A DNA stretch of 64,000 bases from Ruditapes philippinarum (taxonomy: Eukaryota): contig NW_026858687.1 in NCBI RefSeq assembly GCF_026571515.1, forward strand, positions 62,001 through 126,000, written 5' to 3'. The notes under the pieces are model-generated. The model was not told where the DNA came from and searched no databases. It saw only the letters and a list, made by a program, of their open reading frames with translations. Below, piece after piece: positions 10,801 through 23,963 of this stretch (the stretch's first letter is position 1; every line of letters starts with the position of its first letter). The translations under genes were made by a program, and so were the position numbers.

Positions 10801-13800
10801 TAAAATAATATTAACAATATGATAGAGAGACTTTGTTGTTGTTGTTTTTTTTCAGCCTGAAATGAGAACAGTTCCTGATCATATACCGAGACCAGATTAT
10901 GCTTCACATCCAGAAGGTTAACCTGTTTTCTTTGTTGTGAAAATCTCTTATGTTGATATACTTCCCATTTTCATACTCTGTATAATCTAATTTTATTGAC
11001 TCCTCAGATGACACAAATGTCAAATGCTGATTTGTTCGATGATAAACAATTTTGTTTATGATACTCTAATTAAGATATAAAACTTAGTGCATTTCTTCAT
11101 TTTCTTTTTATTTTTATATAAGATTTTTAGACTTGCAAGGTAAATGACCCTCCAATTCCTTTTCCAGTTTTAAAGAAACCCCATTCTATAAATACATGAT
11201 GATTAAAATTTATATAATTTCAGTTCAAATAACACTTTCCATATTGTAACATGGTCTTTCTTGTTCAATTTTAACATTAATTTTGTCTGAAGATTTATAA
11301 GAGAGTGCTCTGTTCATGCCAGTACATTGGTAATAATAATTTGTAAATTCATCCTAATTATGCATATAACATATAAAAAAAATTTTGCAGGTTTTTGGGA
11401 AAATTACAATATATATTTGCAAAAGGGGGAGAAAAAACTTGATGTTAATTCAATTTTTGGGGAAAACTACATGATTTTAAAGAATTTTTCTTTGGGGAAG
11501 CAGCCCTGTAACGGCCTCTGCTGTAGAAGGAAAAATAGCCCTGTCTTGGTATAATATTGATATATTTCCACAAATTTGTGTTTATATAATTACAGGTGAA
11601 CCATTGTCAGAGAGAGCAATGCGGGGAAACAACAGTATTAGAATACTAACAGATGAGGAACAAGAGGGAGTGAAACAAGCTTGTAGAGTAAGTTTATAGT
11701 TTACATCATAATGATATTGTCACCTAAGTGCAGTAACAGGTTAATGCCTTATTTAATATGATAGTAGTTGGCCTGTTACTGTACTAAGGTGAACATATAT
11801 TTAGTTTGTAAATTACAAAGGTAATCAAGTAGTTATGCCCTCTTGAAAATATTGAAATTTTCTCTCTTCTGAGTGTGATATAGAATATTATCACAAGCCT
11901 GTGCCGATTTTGCGACTCCGTAAAATGGTATTGCACGGTTGTGCGTATATTTTGACATGGCGTCTTGTGTGTTGTACAAACCTAGTGTAAAGACGTGCTA
12001 AATGTTAGCGTTACACTATAGGCGCGTCATCGAAAAATGATTCTTTTTCACTATAAACTCTATTTATTTAGGATATGTGATAAATAGAATATTGTATTCG
12101 TGTAAGTTCAATACTGAATTTATTGAACTCGTTAAATAAAATAATACTTTGCTGGCCAGAGGCTTGAACTTTGTTCAACCAACTCGTTCAATAAATTCAG
12201 TATTGAACTTACACTCATTCAATATCTTCTATTTCATACATGTATTTTTTTTATATTTAAGCAAGTGCCCTGCTGGTTACAGCAATATTGGGTCATACAG
12301 AATGGCACTTTAGATTGAAAAAAGTCCAAATATAATCCCTGTATTGACATTGCAGGACTGTACAAATGCACAATTTTTGCACATGCATTCAAACAAGTTC
12401 TTGCTGTATTATACTGTGTTATTATATTATACAGATAGGTAGAGAGGTACTAGATATCGCAGCAAAGGCTATTGGTATAGGTGTCACTACTGCTGAAATT
12501 GATACTGCAGTTTATCAGGTATATATACTTATACTTTAACTTTGTACAACATCTTTGATAACAAAGCTACGTCATTTGTTTGAATCACTTTCACAAATTC
12601 TTAATTTTATGCTTATTTTTTTGAAATATTGAAGGACTATAAATGAGATTTGAGTAAAACCATGTTATTTAAATGAATACATTACAATAAGTTTATGTTA
12701 TGTTTACTGTTTTACATATTCTTATACATTTATAATTTCTTTAACATTTATAATCTTTTAGTCATGTTAGATATTTTGTTTATAGATATTTTGCATGGAC
12801 AAGGTGATCTGAAGTTTGGAAATAAAGTTTTCGACATGTCCTCAGATTGGCGAACATATTTTAACAGAGCTATATTATAAGTGTCTGATATGTTTTACTA
12901 AATTTTGAGCTTTGTGAGGGCAAGGTGGAGGGCATTGATCAGGGTGGCAACTTTGATTTTGTTATTTAAATTTTACAGGCATGTATAGACAGACAATGTT
13001 ACCCTTCACCTTTGAATTATTATTGTTTTCCTGCATCATGTTGTACGTAAGTAAAAATTTCAACAGTTTTATAACTTATTGTAGGTGAAGTTAAAGTTAC
13101 TATTTAATAGCAATTAAAAAATTGGCTTGAGTTAAAAAGTGGGAAAAAAGCTTTGGTTTTATTTTCCCATTATAGTTTAACATTTGAAAATTTGCCTAGG
13201 TTGTAAAAAGTTTAACAGCTTTCTTGTACAGATTGTATATATTGTTTCTTAATGCATAAGATTCCTGTGTGTTGATTAATAAATTATGTTCTTTGCAAAT
13301 AAAGTTCAAATTTGTTGCATTTTTCATCACTTTGTCAGAGTGAAATTACCTATAGGTTTCTCAACATGCATATATATCTTTGTAACTTTGAACTACTGTT
13401 GAACGCTAACCATGCTAAACATCTCATATAGCTTTGTAAACAGTGAAGACAGTGTCTTTATAAAGTATATTATGAACAAATGAGCCGCGTCATGACAAAA
13501 CCAACATAGTGCGTTTGCGACCAGCATGGATCCAGACAGCCTGCGAAACCCGGCAGTCTGATGGATCCATCCCGTTTGCTATCATTTCTCTATTGTAAAA
13601 ATTTGGGCCGCGGATCCGCAAGGGGTTTGGGGGTCTGGACCATGTGGTTCAAACACTATTTTGGTTTTTTCTGACGGGCTAAAAATGCTGATAAATTTTA
13701 TTTTATTTTAGGTCAGTAAATGAGGTTATATGCCATGGAATTCCAGATTCTAGAAAACTGGAAGATGGTGATATAGTTAATGGTATGTTACTATGTTTAT

Positions 13801-16800
13801 ACATGTAGTTTTATAGCAAATTTATCTGTAAAACGTTTTTTTCCACAGTCATAATCTAAGTAATCTGTGGCTCAAAAGTCATGTACTTTATGATCAAAAT
13901 AATATGATAAATAAGTTTACAAATGCCTGTGTAGTTCCTTTATTCAATATTCCCAGACCCCAATACTAGTCATGGGGATTACTATTAAAAATGTTTCTAG
14001 GGGAAAACCATGGCCAAAAGTGATTATTTTGTTTTTATTTAATCCAAAAAGGAATTCCCTTTTTTTGGGTTAAGAAATTTCAGGGACTTTTTTTTTTTTT
14101 CAGTGAGGTTTTCTTCCTGTAGTGTATTTATTTTACATTTTTTTGTGTTATTTCAGTGGATATATCAGTGTATTATAAAGGTTACCATGGAGATTTAAAT
14201 GAGACATTTTTTGTGGGTAATGTTGATGAAAAATACAAGAAGTTGGTGAAGGTTACCTGGGAATGTCTAGATAATGCCATTAAAGAAGGTAAGATTTATT
14301 TTCTGGTGTGAAAAATTGACATTTACACAAAATGAGATTATTGTAAGAGAGTATAGTCTGGAGGAAAAAGATTCACATGTACAGAAAATGAAAATATTGA
14401 TAACGGGTATTAGGCTACATGATAATGCACTTTTGCAGATTATAGAATTTTGAAATTTTGTGTAACTTTGTACTTTAGTTGATACTTGTAACACATTTCT
14501 TTGAAACTTTGTAAAATATGAAAAAGTCTTGTTGTGCGTCTTAACCTTTTTATGGGTGAATATCTTTAATTTACTTGCAGATTCTACCATTAGCGTATAC
14601 TTTAACTGTGCAATATTATTGGAGCACTCATGTATAGTTTACAATAGTACTGTATATAGGTGTACAAAGCTGTGATATACTCGATGTGTTTCCATTTAAA
14701 CTTCATCTGATTATTATAACATCTATAAAACATATTGTATCTGTGATGAACTTTTTGTTAATGACAGTTAAACCTGGTGTGCGGTACCGAGACATTGGTG
14801 CAGTGATACAAAAACACGCTCAGGCTAACGGTTTCTCTGTGGTGCGTAGTTACTGCGGTCATGGAATACACCAGTAAGTTATCTGTGTAACTGTATTATA
14901 TATAGGAAATAAATATCAATTTTTAGTGCATTAAATAGAATAATGGACGGTTAGAGTTCAAATGCATAGAAATATAATTATAATTGCAAAGTACCGGTAT
15001 TTGAATGATAAGCCATGCATTATTATAACTATAATGCACGAAAATTTCTATTTCTTTTCTAACATGCTAGTTAAAAAGATAACTGAAAAAACATGTTGAT
15101 CTACATTGAGCGTAGAAGTAATTTTCCTTACATCATTTGGTTTATTGACATCATATATGACATATGAAGTGTAGTAGGGAAAAAGTGCAAAGCATGTTAG
15201 AATGTTGAATATGACTTAACAGTCATAAAAATCAATGTAGACAAGGTTTACATGTATAATGTTTTCTTGCCAAACTATTTGGGTATGGATAGATATTTTT
15301 TCTTGACACCTGAAACAATGAACTGTACTGTTGGTTTATTTAACTTCATACATCTTTCACCTAGGCCATAATTCATTGTACATGTATATACACCTTATAA
15401 GCCAGAATCTTTTAAAACTTTGACACATAATGCCTCTGAGAGTTTCTCTGTTAAATACATATGTATATAAGTTTGACATATAAATGGCCTTGTCATTTAT
15501 TGTCATACTTTAAACATCCATATGTTAGGAATTCACCGCATACAAAGTCAATTGTATTTTGTGGGCACATCTTGTTGTGACCTGATCATTATGAACTTAC
15601 ATATATATTAGATAGTATGGTAATAAAAATTGTTTTGTACTCAAGTTTAGTTAATATGTACATTTATAATGGTGTTTGCCTGTAATACAAATTATATGTT
15701 ACAGATTGTTTCACACAGCTCCAAGTGTTCCTCACTATGCCAGTAAGTAACCAACTTCATATCAAGTTACAGTCAGTAACCAACTTCTTATAAAGTTACA
15801 TCAAATGCTGTTTATATTTGAATTTAGTTAAATGTTTTAGTTACTAGAAATGTTTCACTTTAAACTAAATATTTCCTATTCTGACACCAATTATGCTTAC
15901 TATAAGTTATCAGGTTAAATGACTCAGAGAGAGTTTTCAAAAAAAACTTTACAAGCTTCCTACTCAATCCGTAAATTTTATTTTATTATTTTTGTACTTT
16001 ATTATGTAAATGTATAGATTATAAATAAAATATTGTTTAAACTAAATAACTGCAGAGATTTTAGCCCTGCCATACTGAGTTTAATAATATCAGGTAGTTC
16101 AAAGAAAGAAAAATATTGGCTAAAGAATTAGTTAATAGTTCAGGGTATACTAAATTAAAAGTAAAATATGAAGGTAAACTGAATTAAAAGTAAAATATAA
16201 AGGTCTACTGAATTATAAGTAAAATATATTTTTTTTTATACATTTTGTAACAGAAATATATTTCCCATAATTATCTTTTTACAGAAAACAAAGCAATTGG
16301 TGTTATGAAACCAGGTCATTGTTTTACCATCGAGCCTATGATAAATGAAGGTAACTATAACATTTGATTTTATTAAAGGTTTTCACTCAACAGTACAAAG
16401 ACAAAAAGCAATTAGCAGACCATTTGATTTTAAGATAAATCCATATAAATCATATCCTTATAAGTTACTGCAGTAACGGGTTAATTCTTATTAAATTATG
16501 TAAGGAGATAATCTGTTATTGCACTAAGAAGATGAAATACTTAACAGCTTCAGGGTGGAGGAAAGGTTTTGGTATAAAAGAAGTACAGTACAGTTGAGAT
16601 ACAATGTAGTATTGAAAAGTTGAAAAAGAGCACATAAAATACATGTACAGCACTTTATAGTACAGAACATGTTACAGTTGAGCTACAATACAGTACAGAA
16701 CAGCACAATATAATTCAGTACAATACAATAGGTGACAACACAACACAGCTTAATACAACATAATATGACCTAACTTTACACAACTTAATACAACACAATA

Positions 16801-17172
16801 TAAACCAACACAACACAGCTTCATACAACACAGCACAATTCAACAAAAAAAAAAAAGCAATATAAGTATAAACTTAAAGATAAAACACATCAAAGTAGTA
16901 TATCACTGTAAAATCTATTTGCTACAGCTTACCTTAAACCATCATGATTACTTATTTTGTCTGGAGTGTTTTAATTGTAAAATATTTATATGCTATTTAT
17001 AGGAACATGGAGAGATGAGACCTGGCCTGATAAATGGACAGCAGTGACAGAGGACGGGAAACGATCTGCTCAATTTGAACACACCCTTCTAGTAACAGAA
17101 ACAGGCTGTGAGATACTGACAAGAAGACTGGAGAAAGATGGGCAGCCTCATTTCATGGACCAGTTGAAGTGA
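4872..17172 (+). CDS. METAP1: Methionine aminopeptidase 1 (type I MetAP with N-terminal zf-C6H2)
   Basis: Exons: 4872-4991 ([19 protein letters not shown]); exon 2 not found; ~10123-10230 (garbled 3' end); 10856-10916 (RPDYA); 11596-11687; 12435-12518; 12979-13046 (YPSPLNY..CCT); 13712-13782 ([12 protein letters not shown]); 14157-14288 (YHGDLNETF); 14768-14873 (YCGHGI); 15705-15742 (LFHTAP); 16285-16350 (FTIEPMIN); 17003-17172 (SAQFEHT, TGA). Phases are consistent from 10856 onward. Confidence 0.95.
6169..7670. repeat. Degenerate short-period tandem array, probably the body of a non-autonomous DNA element
   Basis: Starts TATGGAACGCCATA, then many diverged copies of TTATTATGTCAAA / TGTTATCTTGTC / ACTTGTCTAAACAC. 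This explains the C/L/V-rich ORFs here. Confidence 0.65.
11888..12232 (+). mobile_element. Dispersed double-inverted-repeat element, family A copy 1 (Crypton-like non-autonomous architecture)
   Basis: TTATCACA...TGTGATAA pair followed by a long hairpin (AGTTCAATACTGAATTTATTGAAC...GTTCAATAAATTCAGTATTGAACT). Homologous to 27421-27640 and 62134-62469. Confidence 0.65.
13481..13681. mobile_element. Sola-like palindromic MITE, degraded copy
   Basis: Left end AAAT|GAGCCGCGTCATGACAAAACCAACATAGTG matches 23324. Right half is garbled. Confidence 0.65.
16580..16845. repeat. Degenerate pentanucleotide (ACAGT/ACAAC) low-complexity tract
   Basis: Repeated TACAG, ACAAC and CACAG units in the last METAP1 intron. 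Confidence 0.6.
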
Positions 17173-20100
17173 ACTTTGTCGTCTGCTTAGGTCATAAAAA
17201 ATTTAACAAATTAAGAATTGATAAAAAAAAAAAGCTGGGAAAAAATGCTTTATTCTGAACCACTTTTCATCAAAATTCATGTGCTTTTCACTAGATTCTT
17301 ATTGAGTCAAGATCAGTTAACAAATAGTTGTATTTTGTTACACACCTATATAAGTTTTTGTGAATTAAATATTCAGTTTAATAGTGATTAACCTACTTTT
17401 GAAAATTTCATTTTTTTAACCCATTTGTTTGCAAAACAATTAATTTGCTTAATGAAGTTTGGAATGTAAGACATTTAAATGATGTATTACAACAACTTCC
17501 AGTTTTTTATACCTTTAAATGTAGGTATTTAAGATTTATTTTCCCTTTTTGGTTATGCTGTGTTTTAAATGTTGAAGTTTTAAATGTTAAATGTTAAGAT
17601 TGGTTTACTGTATGACAGTGTAGTATCTGGACTCAGATGCTCTCTTTAGTTTTGTAAGGAGTTAACCTTCACCTGATTTTCACGATGCATTAATCAATAA
17701 TTACAGTATAAACACAGGTGACTGTAAGAATGCTAGCTTTGAAACAAACTATGTTTGAATACATGTGGTGATACTTCATTATAAAAATAACCCACAATTT
17801 ATTGGAAGCCTTTAGTTTCTGATAAAGCAATTCCATACATATATAATTTGCTAGCAGAAGTAATTTCTCATTATCACTGATTACATTGATCTTTTCTTGT
17901 ATATTGTGATATTTAACCTTTGATCTATGTACCGGATTGGGTTTGTGTAGAATGCCTGATCTGATTCTGTTTGTAATTTTTGTTCAAAAGTATGATTTTC
18001 AGTTACAGTTACAAACTAGTTCTTGTTACAAAGTCTTTGATTTATTTTTGTTGCAAAGTTCCTTCAAACTATTCAACTTTTCTATAATAAAGTTTGACAT
18101 TTATAATTAAGGACTTTCAAGTGGTATATAGAGTTGAGCTGGTTTATGAAAGGTCATATTTTCAAGCAAGGTGCTTATAGATATAATTTAACTAATGTAC
18201 AGTATGCCACATCTTCTAGTCTTGTCCATCAGAAAAATTGCTGTTACAGTGTCAGTTTTAGTTGTTCAAGTTGAAATTTAAAGGCAAATAATGTTGTGTC
18301 AGATTAGAAAGTAGTTTTGTATATTTTGCCTTGGTTATTTAATCTCAGGATATTGAAAATTGAACTTGATTATAATTTTACTGCTTTCCCTATTTAATTT
18401 GAAAGGGAATATAATAGGAAAATTGATTACGCAAACAAATCACAAAGTAAACTATCCAATTCTAGTTTTATGTTCAATTGATAAACATGTGTCATCACTT
18501 GTTTCCGAACAGAGGGAGGTTACAGGAGTGGCCTTTGTACACCATTTTGCCAAAACACGGCTATAAGTAGATCTACCTTTAATTGACTTGCATCATCAAC
18601 ACCAAACTTTGTATAAAGCCTTTGAGGATGTTAGGATTGCTACAACGAACTTACCTTTCACATTGTTACACACAAGATCACATGTAAGATGGACAATTTT
18701 ACAACATCTTCTTATAAACCATTGTTGTATTTACTATGTTTAGCAAAACAGAGCCTTTTTGTTTGCTCTGCACTTTTGTACACTGCATAATATAATGCTT
18801 CTTAGTGCAAAACGAATTTCAGCCTAGAACTTTATGTTATAATCACTTTTTGATGTTTATGACTAGTTAAAGTTTTACTTGATACATCATCATTATATGA
18901 TCTATCTGTACTTCTGTTTGATTAAGCCTTTTAGTTTTTTTTGAAAGTAAATGATACATTATTTTTCACAGCCCAGTTGTTTTAATCTGTCAAAGATTGT
19001 ATACACTTATACAATGTATATGTATTTTTCTGGATTTTGATGATATTAAAGAAAAAACCAATTTTAAAACTAAATTTTATCCATTTTTTGAATACAAAGC
19101 TTTGAAAGGGATGATTAAATACCCAAAACTTGCATTAATATCTCCATAGTGTTTCTGTATTTTGTGATTTAAATAAAAAAACAAATTTGCAGTCATACGT
19201 CACATTGGAAAGGTTTACTCCATAGCAACCATTTCTGTATACATGTATCTTTATTTATATCATATAATGTAAGTTTGAATATAGAAATCAACTCTAGTTT
19301 CAATTTAAAAATATATATCTTACAGTTAGATATTTCTAGTTGAGAAAGTTAAAAATAAGGAAGAATGTTTATAATTATTTCAAATTTATTTTTGGAAATA
19401 TGCCATTAAGCTCTATTTTTTTATGGAATGGACAATTAATTATATTTCAAACTGAGAGAATCTCCTTATGTGAGAGGTTAAGTTACTTGCATTAATAATA
19501 AATCATTTGCTGCTGGGAGATATGTAGCCATGTGCTTGCTTATTTGAAATAATGTACAGTAATGTATGTACTGAATGTATGCAAGGAAATGACTTAAAAA
19601 CTTTTAAGACTTACCATGATGTAATTAAGTAATGGACTTTTTTTTATATGATTATCATTTTACAATGCTGCCATGTAATGGTTTATAGCTTTGTGTGTCA
19701 GTGTCAGCCCATAAACCAGACCTTGGAAAGTTGTCTGACTAGAACACTAGGCTATACAGTCTAAAGATCTTGTGTTTAAGTTGACCATGACTAGATGGCC
19801 CCTATTGATTGTGAGGTTAAGTTGGTTAAGATTAAGGTCATTGACCTTGATCACAAAATGCATGTCACACTGATAACCAGAGAACACTGTGACCTTGGTG
19901 AAAGGTCACAGTAACAGAGTTGGTAGGGTGCACACATATTTCTAGTTTGTATATGAAACATGTTCATATTCCTGTCACTTGTTGAATTATACAATCATAA
20001 CTTAGCATGTAAAATTATCTTTTGAATAAATTATTTGATATTAAACAACTACAGTATTATTTGTTATTTCTATGCAGATCAGCTCCTATTAATAATATTG

Positions 20101-20591
20101 AGTTTGATTTATTAACACTGACACCACATGTTTGATTATTAACTAGGTTATTTAAGCTATTTTTCATATGCAATTATCATGATTAAATAACATTTGAAAC
20201 TGTCTATTCGTTGCTATAGTAACACTAGAAAATTGTAAATCTACATCATATTGATATTCCCACATATAAAGTGATGATGCTGAAAGTCATACTCTATTCC
20301 AGAAAGAAAAAACATACATCAATAATATCAAGTTTAAAGTTTTATACTAAATTTTGATAATATTTTAAACAACACTTCGTAAAAGTAATACAGTATAATA
20401 GGTTATATGTTCTAGAGTGAATGTTCTACAACTAATGTTATTCAGTATATATAACTGGTTATATGATTAAAGGAACAATGTCCTTATAAGTTCTAAAACA
20501 AAGAGACACTGCCGGAAATCTCTAACCGGTTTTTTTTCTACTTTACTAGTAAGGATCGACAACTTCAGATAAAATTGCTTTTGTAGTTAGT

Positions 20592-22403
20592 CTAGGACAC
20601 AAATTGAATTTTTATATCCGGTCCTTGGGTATTGTGTCGTGAAATACACTTTTTAAAGAACACTGCCGATATTCCATACAGTTCCGTCCAGCTTGATGTA
20701 ATATGGCGGGAAATATCGCCGTTGATTGTCACGTGATCGGTGTCCGCGTTACCATCTTGTATCCACATAGATTGAAAAGTCATAATTGGAAATAGTTTCC
20801 GATCTTTTCTGAACATTGCATTTTTCACATTTAGTTTGGTTTGGGTATATGTTGTCTCAATATTGAATATTGCAGTATTTCCGTCGGCATACCTGAGAGC
20901 TAATGTTTTAGTTTTAGGATCGATGTCGATTTTCTCTATTGGCGAGTACGGTTTTTCTGAATCTGTGGACTGTGGCTGGCCTATGTTGACGGAAGCACCA
21001 AATGGAATATAATCTAAACCATGCGGCGTCATAGCCTGAAGTCGTACCCTGCCGTTCTGAAATAGGACAAAGACTTGCGAATATCCCCCAGTCCACGGAA
21101 CCTTTACATACACCCGGAGACTATCAATATTAAAATGTTCCTTTGTGCCTCTTGCTTGAATACTGACTGTCATAGAATTGCGATGGTAAAGCCAGTACTG
21201 CCAAAAACTGAGCCTCACCCCCTCGAATACAACATCAGGGTCCGCATAAAGCTCCACTGTTGTATCTTCAGTATTACGCCGATCTAGTCTAACCGTATCT
21301 AAAACAACTTGCTGTTTACCCGGCTCTATAATTAGTCTTATTTGGTTTTCACCTGCCACGTCCCATGTTCTGTCCGGTATAGGCCATGAATGTTCATTAT
21401 TGAACGGCGTTAACTCAACCTTTTCCAAAGACTTCCAACGGCCATTTTGCAAGTATTCCGGTTTGAACGTAACATTTTCTCGCGGCATGTTCCGTAATTT
21501 TACGAATAATACCGAACCCAGCAGTCTTTCGTCTGTTTCTCTTGTAGGTGTAAGGCTACTGAAGTCGAAACTTACTGTTGCTCTTGTTTTATAATACGAC
21601 CCAGAAAATCTTAAAACTGCGTTGCCTTTTCGTACGTCAGCCGTGTCCGGGAATATCGTCAAGTTTCCAAATATCCAGTATGGCGATGCTAGGACGCACT
21701 GGTCATAGTTTGGCTCTCTATTGTTAGCGAAGGAATGATATTTTGGAATGTTGGCAGTTATTTCAAATTCTGTTGATCTGTCGTGATATAGCTCAACTTT
21801 GATGTTGTCCTGCTCAGAACATTGTGTAGACGTTGATTTTTGAACAAATTTTCCACTCGGGACAGAATCTACCCTCGGAACATCGTCGTAATTAACGTTG
21901 AAGCAGAACTGATTGCAAAGAAGATCTTTATATTCTAAGAAATTGTCATCGATGCTTAGGAGAACATAATCAACTTCCACTCCCCATTGGTCTGATTGTG
22001 TAGCTTGAAGTGTAAGCACGTGTCTTCCTATACCGAGCTTCATTTTGCCCGGAAGTTGCCCTGACGACTTAAACATGTTCCATCCGTTCCCGTCACCTTT
22101 ATATGCCGATGTCGTAAAAGATCCAATGTGTTGTTCCTCTAATGTTGCCCGGAACGTGTCCGATGGCCCGTCGTTAGAATACATCACACTTTTTACGATT
22201 ACAGTGCTTGGTACTCGTAGACAAAAATCAATATGAATTAAGTCGTTGTTATTGAAGAGTACAGTAAAATTTCCAGATGCTCCAGATCTGGGCATGCGCA
22301 TAGCGTTCGGTGAAAAATTTTCAACTTCGAATGTAAACAGTTTCGATGCAACATTTTGAAAACTGCAAGCAAGAACACAAATGAAAAATGCCTTGTATTC
22401 CAT
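20592..22403 (-). CDS. Uncharacterised secreted 603-aa protein, single coding exon, N-terminal CBM6/CBM35-like jelly-roll
   Basis: Continuous 603-codon ORF in AT-rich DNA. Signal peptide MEYKAFFICVLACSFQNVAS. FEVENF...YSNDG...GWNMF...GRHVLTL...GVEVDYV resembles galactose-binding-like CBM folds (motif recall only). Confidence 0.85.
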   Translation of the reverse strand: MEYKAFFICVLACSFQNVASKLFTFEVENFSPNAMRMPRSGASGNFTVLFNNNDLIHIDFCLRVPSTVIVKSVMYSNDGPSDTFRATLEEQHIGSFTTSAYKGDGNGWNMFKSSGQLPGKMKLGIGRHVLTLQATQSDQWGVEVDYVLLSIDDNFLEYKDLLCNQFCFNVNYDDVPRVDSVPSGKFVQKSTSTQCSEQDNIKVELYHDRSTEFEITANIPKYHSFANNREPNYDQCVLASPYWIFGNLTIFPDTADVRKGNAVLRFSGSYYKTRATVSFDFSSLTPTRETDERLLGSVLFVKLRNMPRENVTFKPEYLQNGRWKSLEKVELTPFNNEHSWPIPDRTWDVAGENQIRLIIEPGKQQVVLDTVRLDRRNTEDTTVELYADPDVVFEGVRLSFWQYWLYHRNSMTVSIQARGTKEHFNIDSLRVYVKVPWTGGYSQVFVLFQNGRVRLQAMTPHGLDYIPFGASVNIGQPQSTDSEKPYSPIEKIDIDPKTKTLALRYADGNTAIFNIETTYTQTKLNVKNAMFRKDRKLFPIMTFQSMWIQDGNADTDHVTINGDISRHITSSWTELYGISAVFFKKCISRHNTQGPDIKIQFVS

Positions 22404-23323
22404 TTTGAAAAGACACTTACATCTCAGCGTTCACTGTCCGGATTTCTAGATCCTTACTTACGAAAGGAAAGACTAATTACACAAATATCTTTGATCTAAA
22501 ACTAATATATTACTTAAATTTAGAGAAACAATTGGGCGAAACATTTTGTACGAGGTAAATGATAAATAATACGAGAACGCTATTCATCATGTCAAATGAC
22601 TTTCGTTTTTTGTACTTGAACAAAATAATGTATTTTGCATTTAAATTGAAGTACTTAATTGTAACGCGTTACTCTTCCCAGGGAAGATAAAAAAAATCAA
22701 ATGTTAAGTGGTTTAGGTTTCTGCATATGTAAAACACAAATATTATATTTACAGTGTAACCTGCGCGCATAATTTACATTTGAATCATCGTTAGATGAAT
22801 GCTGTTTAGATAATATAATATTATTAATGTTGTAATACTGCAATCTGCTACAACATTACTTTTTATTGAATTGTTCAGGTAGACAAGATGTATATTGGCT
22901 ACAGGGTTTGTTCATTTGAGCAGGTCTTCATGCGCAGGTTCAGACGAATTATTTACACCATTCATAGCAAAGACACGTAGTGTGGATGAAAATAAAATAC
23001 CACAAACAAACCCTGGCTTTTGTACGCACAATAATATCCATACATTACTTTAATGCAGTATATTTTTTAAACGCACCTAGCCACAAATACCAACATTGCG
23101 TACATACTTAACCGCATTTAAAACAAAACTCCTGAATAATTAATTAATTGGTTTTGATCTAGAATCTACATGTGTACGATTGATTAAGTGTAGACCTGTA
23201 CAATGTCTGTCTATTCATCAAAAAACTATATTTAGAAGGCTAACTATAGTAGTTTAATAACTTATGTTCCCGACGTCGCGTCATGAACAGATTTTAAGCA
23301 AATTTTGTAAAACAAAATTGAGC

Positions 23324-23564
23324 GAGCCGCGTCACGACAAAACCAACATAGTGTGTTTGCGACCAGCATGGATCCAGATTACAGACCAGCCTGCGCATCC
23401 GCGCAGTCTAATCAGGATCCATGCTGTTCGCTAACCAACTCATTACAAGTAGAGAAACTGATAGCGAACAGCATGGATCCTGATCAGACTGCGCGGATGC
23501 GCAGGCTGGTCTGGATCCTTGCTGGTCGCAAACCCATTATGTTGGTTTTGTCGTGACGCGGCTC
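23324..23564. mobile_element. Sola-like palindromic MITE, intact copy
   Basis: ~100-bp inverted arms GAGCCGCGTCACGACAAAACCAACATA...TATGTTGGTTTTGTCGTGACGCGGCTC, with GAG termini and AWWT-like flanks. Confidence 0.85.
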
Positions 23565-23963
23565 AAATTTACTTGATTTCTTTTTTTAGTTTGAATGGTG
23601 AAATTTCAAGTTATTTAACATTTAGGAAGGGCCTGTGTATGCTTAAAACTCGTAGTTCTGTATTTCCGTCTCGCTATCCTACAGTTTTACAAAGCAACCA
23701 CATTAATTGATCAATATATTCCACATTTGTTGATTAGGAGCTTGAGTGAAGTTCAAGGTTGTCGATGCTATAAATAGAACTTAACATATTCCTAGGTCTA
23801 CAATAACTAAAGGAAATCTGTTTTAAATCTACAAACTTTTATATATTACAGCTAGATCCAGATAGATCTACCTACATATATATAAAGTATCTTTAACATG
23901 AATTCACGAGTATATGTGTAAATTCAACGTATTGACGTCATATTGAAGTTTGAATGACGTCAT

